Shown here: positions 35,715-48,100 of the stretch, piece after piece | Layout of the letters: the number at the start of each line of letters is the position of its first letter | Numbering within the stretch: the stretch's first letter is position 1 | NCBI RefSeq assembly: GCF_902459465.1 | Contig: NC_047066.1 | Span: 3,100,001 to 3,164,000, forward strand | From: Asterias rubens | Lineage: Eukaryota | Reading direction: 5' to 3' | Length of the DNA stretch: 64,000 nt | Made by a program: the position numbers and the translations under genes | The notes under the pieces: model-generated | Seen by the model: only the letters and a program-made list of their open reading frames with translations | Told to the model about the DNA's origin: nothing | Database searches by the model: none

Positions 35715-38700
35715 GTAAGCCGGAGAAGAGACAAAAATATTTAATTTGTTTCATTTTTATACAAATACAAATTTTTATTAATTGGTTTATTAAAAACATT
35801 TCCAAAGTCACAGCAAAAAGCCGAATTGTATTTGAATTACAAACATTACAATAAATATGTTAAAAATATATAATTATCAAAAAAAGGCACAAAAGACCTA
35901 CGATAAAAACACCGACCACCAAGAGAAAAAAATTATTATAAGTTTCAACAAAAATAACAACATTGACAGGATGAGAACAATTACGTAAAAATGGGCCAGC
36001 CAAAATTTCTGGTTTTGAAGCCAAGGACTCTCAGGAAAGTGAACTAACATTAATCACTATACTAGTTAAGAAGCCAATGGAGAAAAGACAATGAAGAAGT
36101 TTCAATTTGAGATGTGGGAGGAAAACTTATTCCATAGAAAACCCACGCAGTCAGGTAGGGACTGAATCCGCATTGTGCCCCGGGTGGGATTTGAACCCGG
36201 GTCCCAGAGGTTCTGTGAATGCCTACTCAATTTGCTCACACAACAACATCAAAACCGAGCATAATATACAAATTGTTTATCCACGATGCAAATTTAACAT
36301 CTAACAAAAATTGTTGTTGTCCTTTTTTTGTCAAATCAGGGTTCCATTTGGGCAATTTTATATTCATAAGTAAATGATTATTCAAGAAGCTAAAAAAAAA
36401 TTCTGAAAAGTACTGAAATATTGTGGTCAGGCACAGAATTTTATTTAATATACGGACGTTAAGAGTAAGTTCAGGTAAATAATTGACATATTTGCTCACG
36501 GTGAAAAAATATAGCCCATTGCCATGGTAACAGCTCGTTTTGTTTTTTGGCCATTTTTGGCCAATTTGGGGGTCTGAAAAACTGTTTTTAAGCTCGTGTT
36601 TGTAACTCCACCCCACCAAAATGCAAAATTATTTCATCAACCCTTTTATATCACTACAAAGTATCATCCTTGGCCTTACTTGAGAAAAAAATTATTGCTT
36701 TAAATTTCACCCTTGTGCTATTTTGCATGGCACATTTTTACCCTATTTTTGGACCCCAAAATATCAACTTGCCAGGGGTCTCAGAAATTTTTTCTTTCGA
36801 CTGTGATTAGGGCCAACATTCGTCTTTTCATATCTGGAGAGAAAAATTTGAGCAATTGTATCCTATGGCGACAGTACTGCCTCAAAAAATTATTTTTAAG
36901 TTTTTCCCTCAGTTTTAACTAACAACATAAAAAAGAACTTTTCTACCAATCCGGCACCTTTTCCTAAGTAATCTGTAGGCATGTGGATTACCCAACATTA
37001 ATCTGGAATTTGTGATGATTGGCCCCCCCCCCCCCCAAAAAAAAAAAACCGCATGTGTCACATTAAAAATCACATATTTTAAATTTCACGTTTTTATACA
37101 AGTGCTTTTTAAAAAAGGAAACCAATAGTTTTGTAAATCTTAACATACTGTTTATTCAGAACCAGAACCAACCAGTTCCCTCTGAACAGATTCAGCTTTC
37201 TCAAAAAACAGCACTGTATTTAATTGCTTTCAAGTGGAATATTTTTAGTGTTGTGAACAGCACCCCCATTGGTGATAGTCAAACATTAAATTTGGGGATT
37301 CCCCTCGCACAGTTTCCAGCCCAAAATTAATGAATACAATTATTTTTACCTTAAATGTACCTTCATGTTTGATTCCCACTGCAATTAGAGAAGTCGCAAA
37401 GAGCATTATTTACAAGTTAACCGATACAGTCGTCCCCTTGGTCCCCTGCATATCGCCCAATGTAAACCTTTTTATCCCCATCAAACGAAAACAAACTCTA
37501 AAAGTAAGCAATTCCCAATCAGGGACTGGGGTTCATTATAATTGCATTGTAATTGTAATTAATAAAATGCAGTAGGTTAATTTAACATTGTTGACCTGCA
37601 AAGTGGGCTGTATCCAGTTTCAACACAGGACTGCTCATACTGCTGATTAATTCTTTGTGGAATCAACATTCGAATGACATTAGGAACCTTCAAACTTTCT
37701 CCTGTAGAAAGGTTCAGTACCTTTTCTCCAAAAGGCAAATCTTGAACCACATGCCCCCCAGTGATGAAAGTCAGAAAATGGTCCACTTGTGACATATCAA
37801 GCTTCATTCTTGATGTATGACTTAAAATCACGTTGACACCTCTTCCTTGTTCCTTAGCATGCTTTTTGCTAGTGCAACTTTCCACCTTGATAGTCCTGGG
37901 ATCGATTTCTGTAACTGTTTTATTGTTAATTTGTCTGCCATGATGGATAAAATCTGCCGCCTTGTATCCCATGTAATTGCATTGTTCTAGTATTCAACCA
38001 ATGCATCAATAACTTCTGATTGAACTTCATCCTTGCTTAAGCCAACATACAGGTTCATAATTTGTGTCTTTTGGAGATCATTCCACATACAATCTGCTTC
38101 ACCTGGTGCTAGGGTATTTAAAACCGCCCAACGGCTTCACCTGCTTGTTTTAGGTGGTATCTTTTTGTTGAGGGTCTTGTATCATGCCAAGGATTCTTGA
38201 GAATGTGTGGTTTCTCAATACCAAAAGAATCCAGAAAGTTAAACAATAGCTTTTGATGTATGTGAGATGCTTCACGACTGTTTAGTTCAGACTCACTTGA
38301 ACTACTGCTGAAAGGAGGTATATACCCAGGAGTCTCAGGCACATGTTCACCTTCTTGAGATAATCCACAATCAAGTTCCTTCAACTCTTCACTGTCTGGG
38401 CGTTCCTCTCCTTGTTGTAATCAAAACGAAATTGTGCCTTTACTACTACAGATAATGATTTATTAGCAAAATAGTGGCAGTATTAACCATGACGATCAAT
38501 ACAAGTTTGGGAAGACTCTAACCACATAGGTAGCTAGAACACATGGGAATCCTATTAAAATATCTGTGACGCAACTTACCCAATGCATGAGGGCACACGA
38601 CAAGCTGCGGGCTATAAAAGCCGTGAGCGCAACAGTCTCAGTCTCCCACTCAGTAAGTTCATAGTCAGTTCGTCGTATAGTTGGTGTATTCAGCACGTGC

Positions 38701-41487
38701 TAGGAGTATAATTAGGTAGGCTAGGGCGGGGCATACGGCATGCTGCACGGTGGGTGAAGTCGGGCTGGGCGCTGGTCACCGGGTGTCAGGAGGCTACTGG
38801 AGGCGCAGCTACGGATTGCTGTAGGTAGTGCGACGGGACGGAGCCGGGGAGCGCGCGTCGATGCACCAGCCGCCTCTACAAGGGAGATCCGAGGACTCAG
38901 AGCCGTAGAGGGCGGGCATCTAGGGAGGCGCACTATCACGCAATTGAGGCGTACGGCACAACAGACACCCGGAGGCCAAGTCCAGCCAGGCATTACCCCC
39001 ACCGACAGCATTGCCTCGTATTGACGAACAGGAGGCTAATGTGATTATAGGGATTACATTAATAATTAGGGAGGCTAGTCAATATGGGTCCAGTTAATAC
39101 AAGAGTGATTACACAATAAATAGTTGGAACACTGATATCTGTCTCGTGCGTCTTATATAATTGTCTGTCCTTGTCTGTCCCAGAAGGCGGAGGCGCGGAT
39201 GAGTGCAGCTACGCGTATAGGCGGTATATTTCATCCAAAACGGATCTACCTTTCTTGACCGCTCGATTGGTAAGGGACCAGTTCCGCCACAAATTGTGTC
39301 GGGAGTGGGATTATACGCCTTATACACTTGCCCACGTTCTCACTTCTGGGAGGCTTGGAAAGGCAAGGACCATATCAGGACGCCTCAAATTAATTTAATA
39401 AAAATAATGTCAGGGTCTACTGGGGGTTGATGTGTGTATGTAGCTACAACACCGGGGTGAGGATTACTCCTTCATTCACACGCAGTAATAATCACTCAGG
39501 AAAGAAAATGGAGTCTATACAGTCCAACTGATGATTGTTGATTGTCTTATGATAGTTTAATCAAACCCAATTAAATCCACACAGCAAAGGTACAGAGAGA
39601 CAATAAATTTAGTTTGTTTTACAATAATCAAACTCACTTTTGTTGCAGTTAAAAATAATATTAATATAATCAATTAACTCTGGACTTACCAGACACCTGG
39701 GATTTAGGCACTAGCTCTCCTAACCGACCATGTCTATAAGGCGTCCCACGCCACAATCTGGGCTGTAATAAATACACATACTCATACAGTCACGCATGGT
39801 GAATAGATAGCCCTACAGGTGCACAGTGAAACTCATCCACTTACAAATAATGAGCATTGTTTATAGCCACAAACAACAGATTTATACAATGAAATGTAAA
39901 ACTAATATTAACTCACCAGAATCCACGAATGAAATTGGGTTGGATAACCACTCCCAGATATATGTTCTTCAATCCAACCGCGAAAGCGGTGGAAACTTTT
40001 CATGCCGTATTTAGATTGTCTCAAGGGGTCTTGTATAATCTTCCAACAATGGCGATCCTCCAATGCCACTTGCATTGGTCATAGCGTATAGGCAACGTTA
40101 GCCCTAGTGCAGAAACAAATCACTACACGTGCAAAAGAAAATACATTTGTAGACTCATCAGAGAGTTAATAAAATACCCAATGACGACCTAATTAAATAT
40201 TAAATGATAAATTTTAAATCCCACATTACTATTAATGTGAATTTTAAAGACAAACTAAAAGAACCAATTATATAAGACATACTACATTAAGCAATGTAAG
40301 TACATACAATGCGGAAAACAAAGTGGCTTGCCGCGTTAACGGGGCTTTGAGTAGTGAAAGTTGCCAGACCCCGACAATAATAAAGACTGAGACTAACAAT
40401 GACGAACCAGACTGTCCAGGAACTTCAGGAAGAGATTGACAGCCTCCGTGTAGACCTCAAGGAAGAGAGGATGAACTTAGGTGTTCAATGGAGGAGGGTA
40501 CACGCCAGGAGGCAAAGATGGAACAGTCTGACAAAATATCCCGGCTAGAGGACTCATGGAGGCGCTCCAGTCGCCAGGAGGCTTCATTTGGTTCTGGCTT
40601 GGACACTAGAGTTACCTACACTGCAAAGGTACAGGGAACAGCGCCGGAGGTCACAGGAGGTGATTGGACACCTCCGAGGAGTATTTTGAAGAGGAAAATA
40701 AATTGGATGCCACAGGCACAATCCACTGCTATCACGGGAGACACAACACCCCCTATGGAGGCTTTCGAGGAGTCGCCGAAGCCCGTTGAACCAATTAGGG
40801 AACGAGAGGAGAACGAGGACTTGGACCATGACACACATACCACCAGGGCATGAGGCAGTCATACCGGGGAGAATGGATAAATCATTTGACTCGTATCATG
40901 TCGGAGTAATAGAACCAGTTGAAGGAGGAGGGGTGGTGGCTGACAAGGGCCTTATAATTGTGAGATTGCTAGTGAACATGGACGGCGGGACACTGCCGCT
41001 GCGTGTGCTGAACCCAGGACGACGGAAGTGTGTCCTTCGATGTGGGGTGACCGCAGGCCACCTCACGCCAGTTGAGGAAGGAGATGTAGAGGAGGCAACA
41101 GAGGGAGCAGCGGAGAGAGGGTCAAATGATGTGCGGGTCCCAGGACATCTTTGGAAGCGCAGCGTGGAGGGGATAGATGTACGCTACCATTATACAGTTG
41201 CAGGGCTGTTGTCAGAATTCTCGGATGTATTTTCTGAGGGAGAAAAGGACTTAGGAAAAACTGACTGGGTGAAACACACAATAGACACCGGCAGTGCTAA
41301 ACCAGTGAAGGAGAGGCCTCGGCAACAGCCTCCATGTAACCAAAAGGAGATAGATCGACAGGTGGACGACTTGTTACAAAGAGGCGTTATAGAGCCAGCG
41401 GACAGTCCATGGGCCTCCTGTTCGGAAGAAGGACGGCACCCAGCGGTTCTGCGTACATTATAGAAGACTCAACGAGAGGACAATTAA

Positions 41488-41905
41488 AGGATTCGGGTAC
41501 TTTTTCAAAATGTCCACAGAATTATATTAAACTTACAGGGTTTGAAGATAATGATAGTTGAAAGCTTCCCTTCAAATATTACTAACTAAGGTTGTGTAGT
41601 TTTTGAGAAATGAGTAAAACAAGTCACAAAATAGTTTTGGTCTCATGAGACCAAAACTATTTTAGCATGTAAGATCCCCTTAACCAGTTATGATATTATA
41701 CCAAAACCATGCATAACTGGTTAATACGATTTTACATGCTAAAACTGAGACGAAAATGATTACTTTTACTCATTTCTCAAAAACTACAGCACCTCAGTAA
41801 GTAAAATTTCAAGGGAAGCTTTCTACTATCATAATCTTCAAACTGTAAGTTTAATGTAAATCTGTGGACATTGTGTTTTTTGTTAGGAAAAAGTACATAG
41901 ACCCT
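41488..41905. mobile_element. MITE with TTAA TSD (Kolobok-like AGG...CCT ends) inside the Gypsy RT
   Basis: TTAA at 41484-87 and 41906-09. Removing it restores ACA ATT AAG GAT GCC TAC (TIKDAY). Confidence 0.85.
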
Positions 41906-42962
41906 TTAAGGATGCCTACCCCGTCCCCCAAATTGACGATACCCTTGACGCCCTAGCCGGTGCAAGATGGTTTTCGACCCTTGATCTTGCATCCGGCTAT
42001 TGGCAAGTCGAACTGGACGACGAAGCCCGTAAAGAGTCTGCTTATGTGGTGCACGGAAGGTTGTACAGTTGGAGAGTTATGCCCTTCAGCTTGTGCAATG
42101 CCCCCGCCAAATTTGAGAGGCTCATGGAGAGGATAGTGCGCGGACTCCAGTGGGAAACATTGCTTGTGTATTTAGATGACGTGATAGTGTATGGGCGAAC
42201 TATTATGGAGGAGATCAGCCACTTGAGGGAGGTACTTCAGAGGTTCCGCGAGGCGGGGCTTAAATTAAAGCCGGGGAAATGTCACCTCGTTCGTCAGTCT
42301 GTCAAGTACCTGGGCCAAGATGCCGAGATGTGTAAGATACTGGGTATTCGAAAGACCCGGACAGTCGCCTAAAACCCGAAGTCTGACGGACCCGTGGAAA
42401 GATACAACAAAACACTCATAAACACTGTGTCAATGATGCTGGACCCCAATCGTAATCAGAGGGACTGGGACCAGCAGCTCCCTTTTGCAACATTTGCTTA
42501 CAGGTCGCTACCACAAGAGTCTACAGGAGAGACCCCAAACATGCTTATGTTGGGCCGAGAAGTAATGCTCCCAGTTGACCTCACTACTGAAGAGCCTCTT
42601 CCTGACGAGGCTATGGAACCAAAGACAGACTATGGGGAGGAACTGCGCAGGAGAATGCAAAGAGCCCATGAACGAGCCAGAGAACAAACGAGGACTAGCG
42701 CTAGACGGCAGAAGTTGTCCTACGACAGGAAAGTTGAGGGGACAATGTAGGTGAGTTCATTTGGCTATACAACCCAGCAAAAAAAAGGGAGTGTGCCCTA
42801 AGTTAGTTTCGAGATGGGAAGGGCCGGACCTGATAATAAAGAAGCTTTTTGATGTGAACTACAGGATTCAGAGTAAACCAGAGGGAAAATGCTTGTAGTC
42901 CATTTCGATAGAATGAAACCCTACGAAGGCCCTCACATGGATGCTTGGCATACGGAAAGGTA

Positions 42963-43629
42963 TTACAAGGGTTACTGAAACTAGGGCTAGTGAACTTTTT
43001 TTTCAAACTAGTTATTTGTTTGTGAGGTTGGTTTCATTGGAAAGGCCGTCAGAAAGTAACACAAATGGTGGTAAGATGGTCACAATTGACCAATGCACTC
43101 CGAAGTTATGGCCAAATACATGACGCTCAAAATTATGCTAATTTGCATAGGAAATGCGTAAAAAAATTGTCATTTTCTTTGAAATTGAATAAAAAGGCAT
43201 ATTCAAACACCTGCTACAATGTGAATAAACATTTAATTCAACCAAAACTTGTTGATTTCATTGTTACACAGAAATATTATTGATTCCAGTTGCTACACCA
43301 TATTTGCTACACCATATTTGCACAAAATTTTGATCACACATGGAATGAGTGAAGTTACACAATTTAAGGCATTTTTTCAAAAACTTACATTTAAGCAAAT
43401 TTTTACAAAAAACTGACATTATTTTTAGCTTATTAATATGCAAAAATGTCATAATTCCAATTCCGAATGCCCAGTTTTGACGAAATTTGAAACAAAGATC
43501 ATTTGGGTTATAAAGAAAGAAAGATAATTTGGATTTAAGAATAGAAGATATTGAAAAATTCCTTATTTTTTGTGTTTTGGGTTTTTTAATTGTGTTTCTG
43601 GTGCAAAATCTCATTAGTACGCATTGTAA
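42963..43629. mobile_element. MITE with TA TSD inside the Gypsy integrase 3' region
   Basis: TA-TTACAA...TTGTAA-TA ends; AT-rich with internal inverted segments; interrupts the pol frame. Confidence 0.6.
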
Positions 43630-44303
43630 TAAACACGGGCCTGTCGCCTGCCATACTCCATCTATTAGTGTGTGGTGAGCTATTGGTTACCTGTGGAAAT
43701 AATCCATCGCAAGCGTTATGTTTGTTGAACTCGATGATAAAATGAGGCTTTTCAAACAGCAAAAAAAGTGTGATTTCAACGTCAATCTCAATCAGAGTTT
43801 AAATATAATGTAAGTTTATAACATGAATCAACTATTTTCCAAAATTCTGTGGAATCTTTTTAACATTTTAATCTTAAACGAGGAATGATAAATCTGACTT
43901 TTTAAAACTAAAAATCTTTGTTCTGTGGCTTTTTCTACATAAAGTGGAACCAGTTTCAACCACCATGTGCGCGAGCTCTACTGAAACTCTGATTCAGATA
44001 TATCAAGGGCAGTCACTGGAACAGCAGAATCACCAGAGAGGAGCCGAGGCGACAATACCGGGCATAGATGTTGATTAGGACGTTTGGATCGAACCAATGC
44101 TTGACATGGGAGGTTATGACAATGACGTGATTACTGAGACAGTACAGGATATAGAAGATATTCCTGTAACTCATGGTCGAAGGAACCCCCTCAGAGAGAG
44201 GAAGCTACCTCTCCGTTTCCGTTAGGGAACAATTGTACATTATCGGATCCCTTATACTAACCTCTGCTATAAATTTTAATGTTTATTTTTCAGACTGGAA
44301 ATC

Positions 44304-45158
44304 ATGAAAGAGCAAGAAAGGAGAATGTTCAGCTGCCCTGAATGCCCCAATACGTTCCAGCACAAGATCAGCCTCATGAGACATAGACAAGTGGACCATG
44401 GCATAGAGTTGTATGTTTGGTGCGAAGGGTGCGACTTCAGAAGTGCAAGGAAAGACAACCTAAGAAGGCCCTATCGCCAGAACCACAAGGAACACATCCA
44501 CGAGGTAGATGTGGTGCCCCTTGAGACAGAGAGAGAACGGGCACAGAGGCGACGCTTGGACGGTGGGGAGGAGACAAAGGAGACAAGAAGAGTGATGGTG
44601 AGCAGGGGCCTGGAGAAAGCGGAAACATGGGCGAAGGCACGGGATACCATCAAGGAGAACCAGGCCACCAGCAAGCAACAACGGGGCGAGAAGCGTCCAC
44701 GGGGAAACACGGATGAGCAGCAGACACCCAAGTGCAAGATTGGTAAAGGTGATGGAGGCGCCACTCGAGGTCCTCTTGACCTATCGGTGCCTCGACCGGA
44801 GGTATCCCTATCACCAGCCTCAGTGTCTCTGCTGGACGAGGACGTACCAGCCCCCGTACTTGAGCCACTACGAGGAAAGCCCAGTGGGAGTAGAGGAGAT
44901 GACGCGAAGGAGGATAGCAGTGAGGATGAGGAGGGAGTACTGCCACCAGAGGAGCCAGCCGAGGCAAGGGCCGTGAACAACGAGGGAGCAGCAGAGCACA
45001 GGGAGGACCTGCAACCCATCCCTCAGGTGCCTCTTGCTGAAATCCTCAGAGGCAGAGTGAGCCGCGTGTCTGAGGTTTCTTCCACATTTGACTACCAAGA
45101 GGGGGTGAAGGTTCGCGAGTATCAGTTGCTCAGGGTTTACGACGTGCGGTTCGACTAG
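44304..45158 (+). CDS. 284-aa C2H2 zinc-finger protein: accessory ORF of the Gypsy element
   Basis: CPECPNTFQHKISLMRHRQVDH (canonical C2H2) and CEGCDFRSARKDNLRRPYRQNH (second finger, first His replaced by Pro). Preceded by branch point TACTAAC (44255-61) and acceptor tttattttttcag (ends 44293). Lies between pol and the PPT/3' LTR. Confidence 0.75.
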   Translation: MKEQERRMFSCPECPNTFQHKISLMRHRQVDHGIELYVWCEGCDFRSARKDNLRRPYRQNHKEHIHEVDVVPLETERERAQRRRLDGGEETKETRRVMVSRGLEKAETWAKARDTIKENQATSKQQRGEKRPRGNTDEQQTPKCKIGKGDGGATRGPLDLSVPRPEVSLSPASVSLLDEDVPAPVLEPLRGKPSGSRGDDAKEDSSEDEEGVLPPEEPAEARAVNNEGAAEHREDLQPIPQVPLAEILRGRVSRVSEVSSTFDYQEGVKVREYQLLRVYDVRFD

Positions 45159-48100
45159 GACTTCCGTAGGAAGTAGTTTTGATGAGAGGCGCATGTATAA
45201 AGAGGCGCCAGAGGAGTTGATGACCCTGTTGAAGTTGAATAAAGTTATTGGTTTTCAATAAGTTGCTTGGATTCTTAGGTCTTTATGAACGGGGGCGTTC
45301 ATGCTAAGAAGGAGGCTTTGTGACGTAACTTACCCAACGAATGAGGGCACACTCCTAGCTGCGGGCTATAAAAGCCATGAGCGCAACAGTCGGGTCTCTC
45401 AGTCTCCCACTCAGTCAGTTCGTCGTATAGTTGGTGTATTCAGCACGTGCAAGGAGTATAATTAGGTAGGCACGGGCGGGGCAGACGGCATGCTGCACAG
45501 TGGGTGAAGTAGGTAGCGCGACGGAACGGAGCCGGGGAGCACGCATCGATGCACCGGCCGCCTCTACGAGGGAGATCCGAGGACTCAGAGCCGTAGAGGG
45601 CGGGCATCTAGGGAGGCGCACTATCACGCAATTGAGGCGTACGGCACGACGGACACCCGGAGGCTAAGCCCAGCCAGGCATTACCCCACCGGCAGCATTG
45701 CCTCTCATTGACGAACAGGAGGCTAATGTGATTATAGGGATTACATTAATAATTAGGGAGGCTAATCAATATGGGTCCAGTTAATACAAGAGTGATTACA
45801 CAATAAATAGTTGGAACACTGATATCTGTCTCGTGCGTCTTATATAATTGTCTGTCCTTGTCTGTCCCAGAAGGCGGAGGCGCGGGTGAGTGCAGCTACG
45901 CGTATAGGCGGTATATATTTCATCCAAAACGGACCTACCTTTCTCGACCGCTCGATTGGTAAGGGACCATTTCCGCCACATATCTTGCCAGTTTCAAAGC
46001 TGCAAAATCTCTGCAGTTGTTGCACATGCCTGAGACATTCCATGTTGACCTTGAAGAATTCTTTTACCCTCAAGTTTTGCCCTACAGCTTTTGCAAATGG
46101 CTACAAATTCAGTTAAATGAGGGGATTATATCATGTGAAACAAAAACAAATTGTTTTTAAAATTAGCTAGAAATTGTGGTATGACAGTCAGGTTTTATTT
46201 ATACCTGCACCCACTGGAATGAGAACCCGCACGGTTTCCATGGTCTTCTTTGACTGGAAGAAACCAACAGCCCTGTCACCAATCGGAGGGATTTTTTTCG
46301 TAGAACTGTGACCTGCAACTTCTGATGGCACCTGGGGCCGATTTCACTAAACTCTGTTTTGCGATCATCGCTAAATTGAACGCAAGCGCGACGCAAACCA
46401 CAAAATCCATCGCAGTTGCGACGGGCTGCATTTTTGATTTCACTAAGGTATTTTTGCGACGGATTTGATTTACGATGGATTTAAATAAATACCTTTACCT
46501 TGAACGAGGCTGTCGCAAGATTATTTGACCTTTGACCATCTTCGGTGACACCATCAGGCTAGTCAGCGCGGCAGTTTTTGACAACTAAAAAGTCGGCCGT
46601 CAGTTTTCGAGAAAACACATAAGTATTTTTTAATATTATGACAAGTTGCATTCTCTTAACAATCTTACAAGTTCGCAATATGTGTTTTTTTCCGATGGTT
46701 TACTAGTGCTTGTAAACTTAGACTTCATCAGTGTTCAGTAAATAAGGTTTTTTTTTACGATCGACTCGTCGCTTCACGTCTTTCTGTACTGTGCATGCGG
46801 TGTGTGTATGGATCGTACGATGTACAAACATACATGTTTATGTGCATGATTGTACCATGGAGGATAAATTTATTCCTCCATGGTTGTACATAGTGAACTA
46901 AATAAAGACAACGTTACATGTATTGAAATGTAAGCAAATGTACGTATGTACTGTGATGTGTACATGGCATATTATTGTTGTACATGTAGGTACTACTTAC
47001 TAAAAAACAAGCAAGTGTACCGGTAATAATTCCGTGCATTTATTTTACATGTTCGTTGGGGTTGCCCAACAAGGCAAGTTGGGATTGTTGTAATTATTTG
47101 CTTTCATTACAACTGGCATTCTACTATTTGAAACCTAGTCTACAGAAAATTGTAACTGGCAGACTTGACTGGGAAGATTTATGTTTCAATTTACCTTCAA
47201 ACAAGTTCAAGTTCATGAATCATGCCACCACTTTTTCACCCCTTTTTTACAATTATTAAAACTTAAGGTAAGTTTTAGATAGAAAGATGTTTATTTTATT
47301 CCATCACGAATGAAAAAGTAGTGGCAAGATACAGAAACATTTCCTTTTATTCTTGTCCACGTTCAAAATGTACACATTACTAACTAGCCTAGCGAAACCT
47401 ATATTTTAATAGGACCCCAGTGGGAGGGGGGGGGGGGGGGTGCATAGCTGTCCACATGACATGGCTTTGTCATGTGAGTCGGATTTGTTTGCCTAAAAAG
47501 ACCCAACCTGTGTCCAAAATGTATGCAGATTGATATGGTCTGCCGAATAATGAATGGTCACCCATTTATGGGAAAAAGATGCACCATGGACAGGAAATAT
47601 TAATATTCGCTTACATAACATTTACAAACAATTCCATGCACTGTCTGTATATTACCCAATATTCATAAATACCCCAGACATTTTCTCTACTCCTATTGGT
47701 GGAGAGCGCGTCACTGGGTGTGCATAAACCTTTTTTTAATGCACACACTGGAGCTCTGTTTATGCACACTGAGCTGGCTTCAAATTTTTAATTGTTAAAG
47801 TGTCTATAACTGTATTTGTTTACGTTTTGTTAACAAAAGGGCATTTATGAATGGGAATAACAGAGTAGTGACTCGTTCTTCAACGTCAGTTTAAAACCTT
47901 GCAGGATCATTGCCGTGCAATAAAGGCCCTCGCATTCAGCTCGGGCCTTTATCACACGGCCGCCGACCCTGCCGGCTTTAAACGTACATTGAAGAACCCG
48001 TCGCTACCCTTTTATTCCTTTAAAATAATTCAACTTTATGCGTACGAGTTTCCCAGCTGAGCATACACGAGGCGAAGTTTTACCACAAAAGAGAGGCCCA

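Larger units (their letters stand above)
40399..44225 (+). pseudogene. Gypsy gag-pol remnants
   Basis: Gag N-terminus from 40399 (coiled-coil-like, frameshifted). Protease is not seen. RT runs about 41200-42312 and is interrupted by a TTAA MITE. RT YLG is fused directly to the integrase core (QDAEMCKILGIRKTRT). The typical pol end GRRNPLRERKLPLRFR* is at about 44225. Confidence 0.85.
38565..45980 (+). mobile_element. Ty3/Gypsy LTR retrotransposon, internally deleted, with an extra ORF
   Basis: LTRs 38565-39291 and 45319-45980 (TG...CA); 4-bp TSD TATC at 38561-64 and 45981-84; PBS-like ttgtgtcgggagtgggat after the 5' LTR; polypurine tract aagaaggagg before the 3' LTR; TATAAAA at 38613; RT motifs LDLASGYWQV, MPFSLCNAPAKF and YLDDV; integrase motifs NPKSDGPVERYNKTL and TGETPNMLMLGRE. 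Confidence 0.95.

Noticed and set aside
38721-39398. ORFs within the LTRs (also 45415-46116)
   Set aside because: GC-rich LTR sequence; frames are not conserved between the two LTRs because of indels.
44471-45019. 182-aa minus-strand ORF (and other overlapping ORFs) opposite the zinc-finger ORF
   Set aside because: Ser/Leu-rich shadow of a purine-rich coding strand; no motifs.
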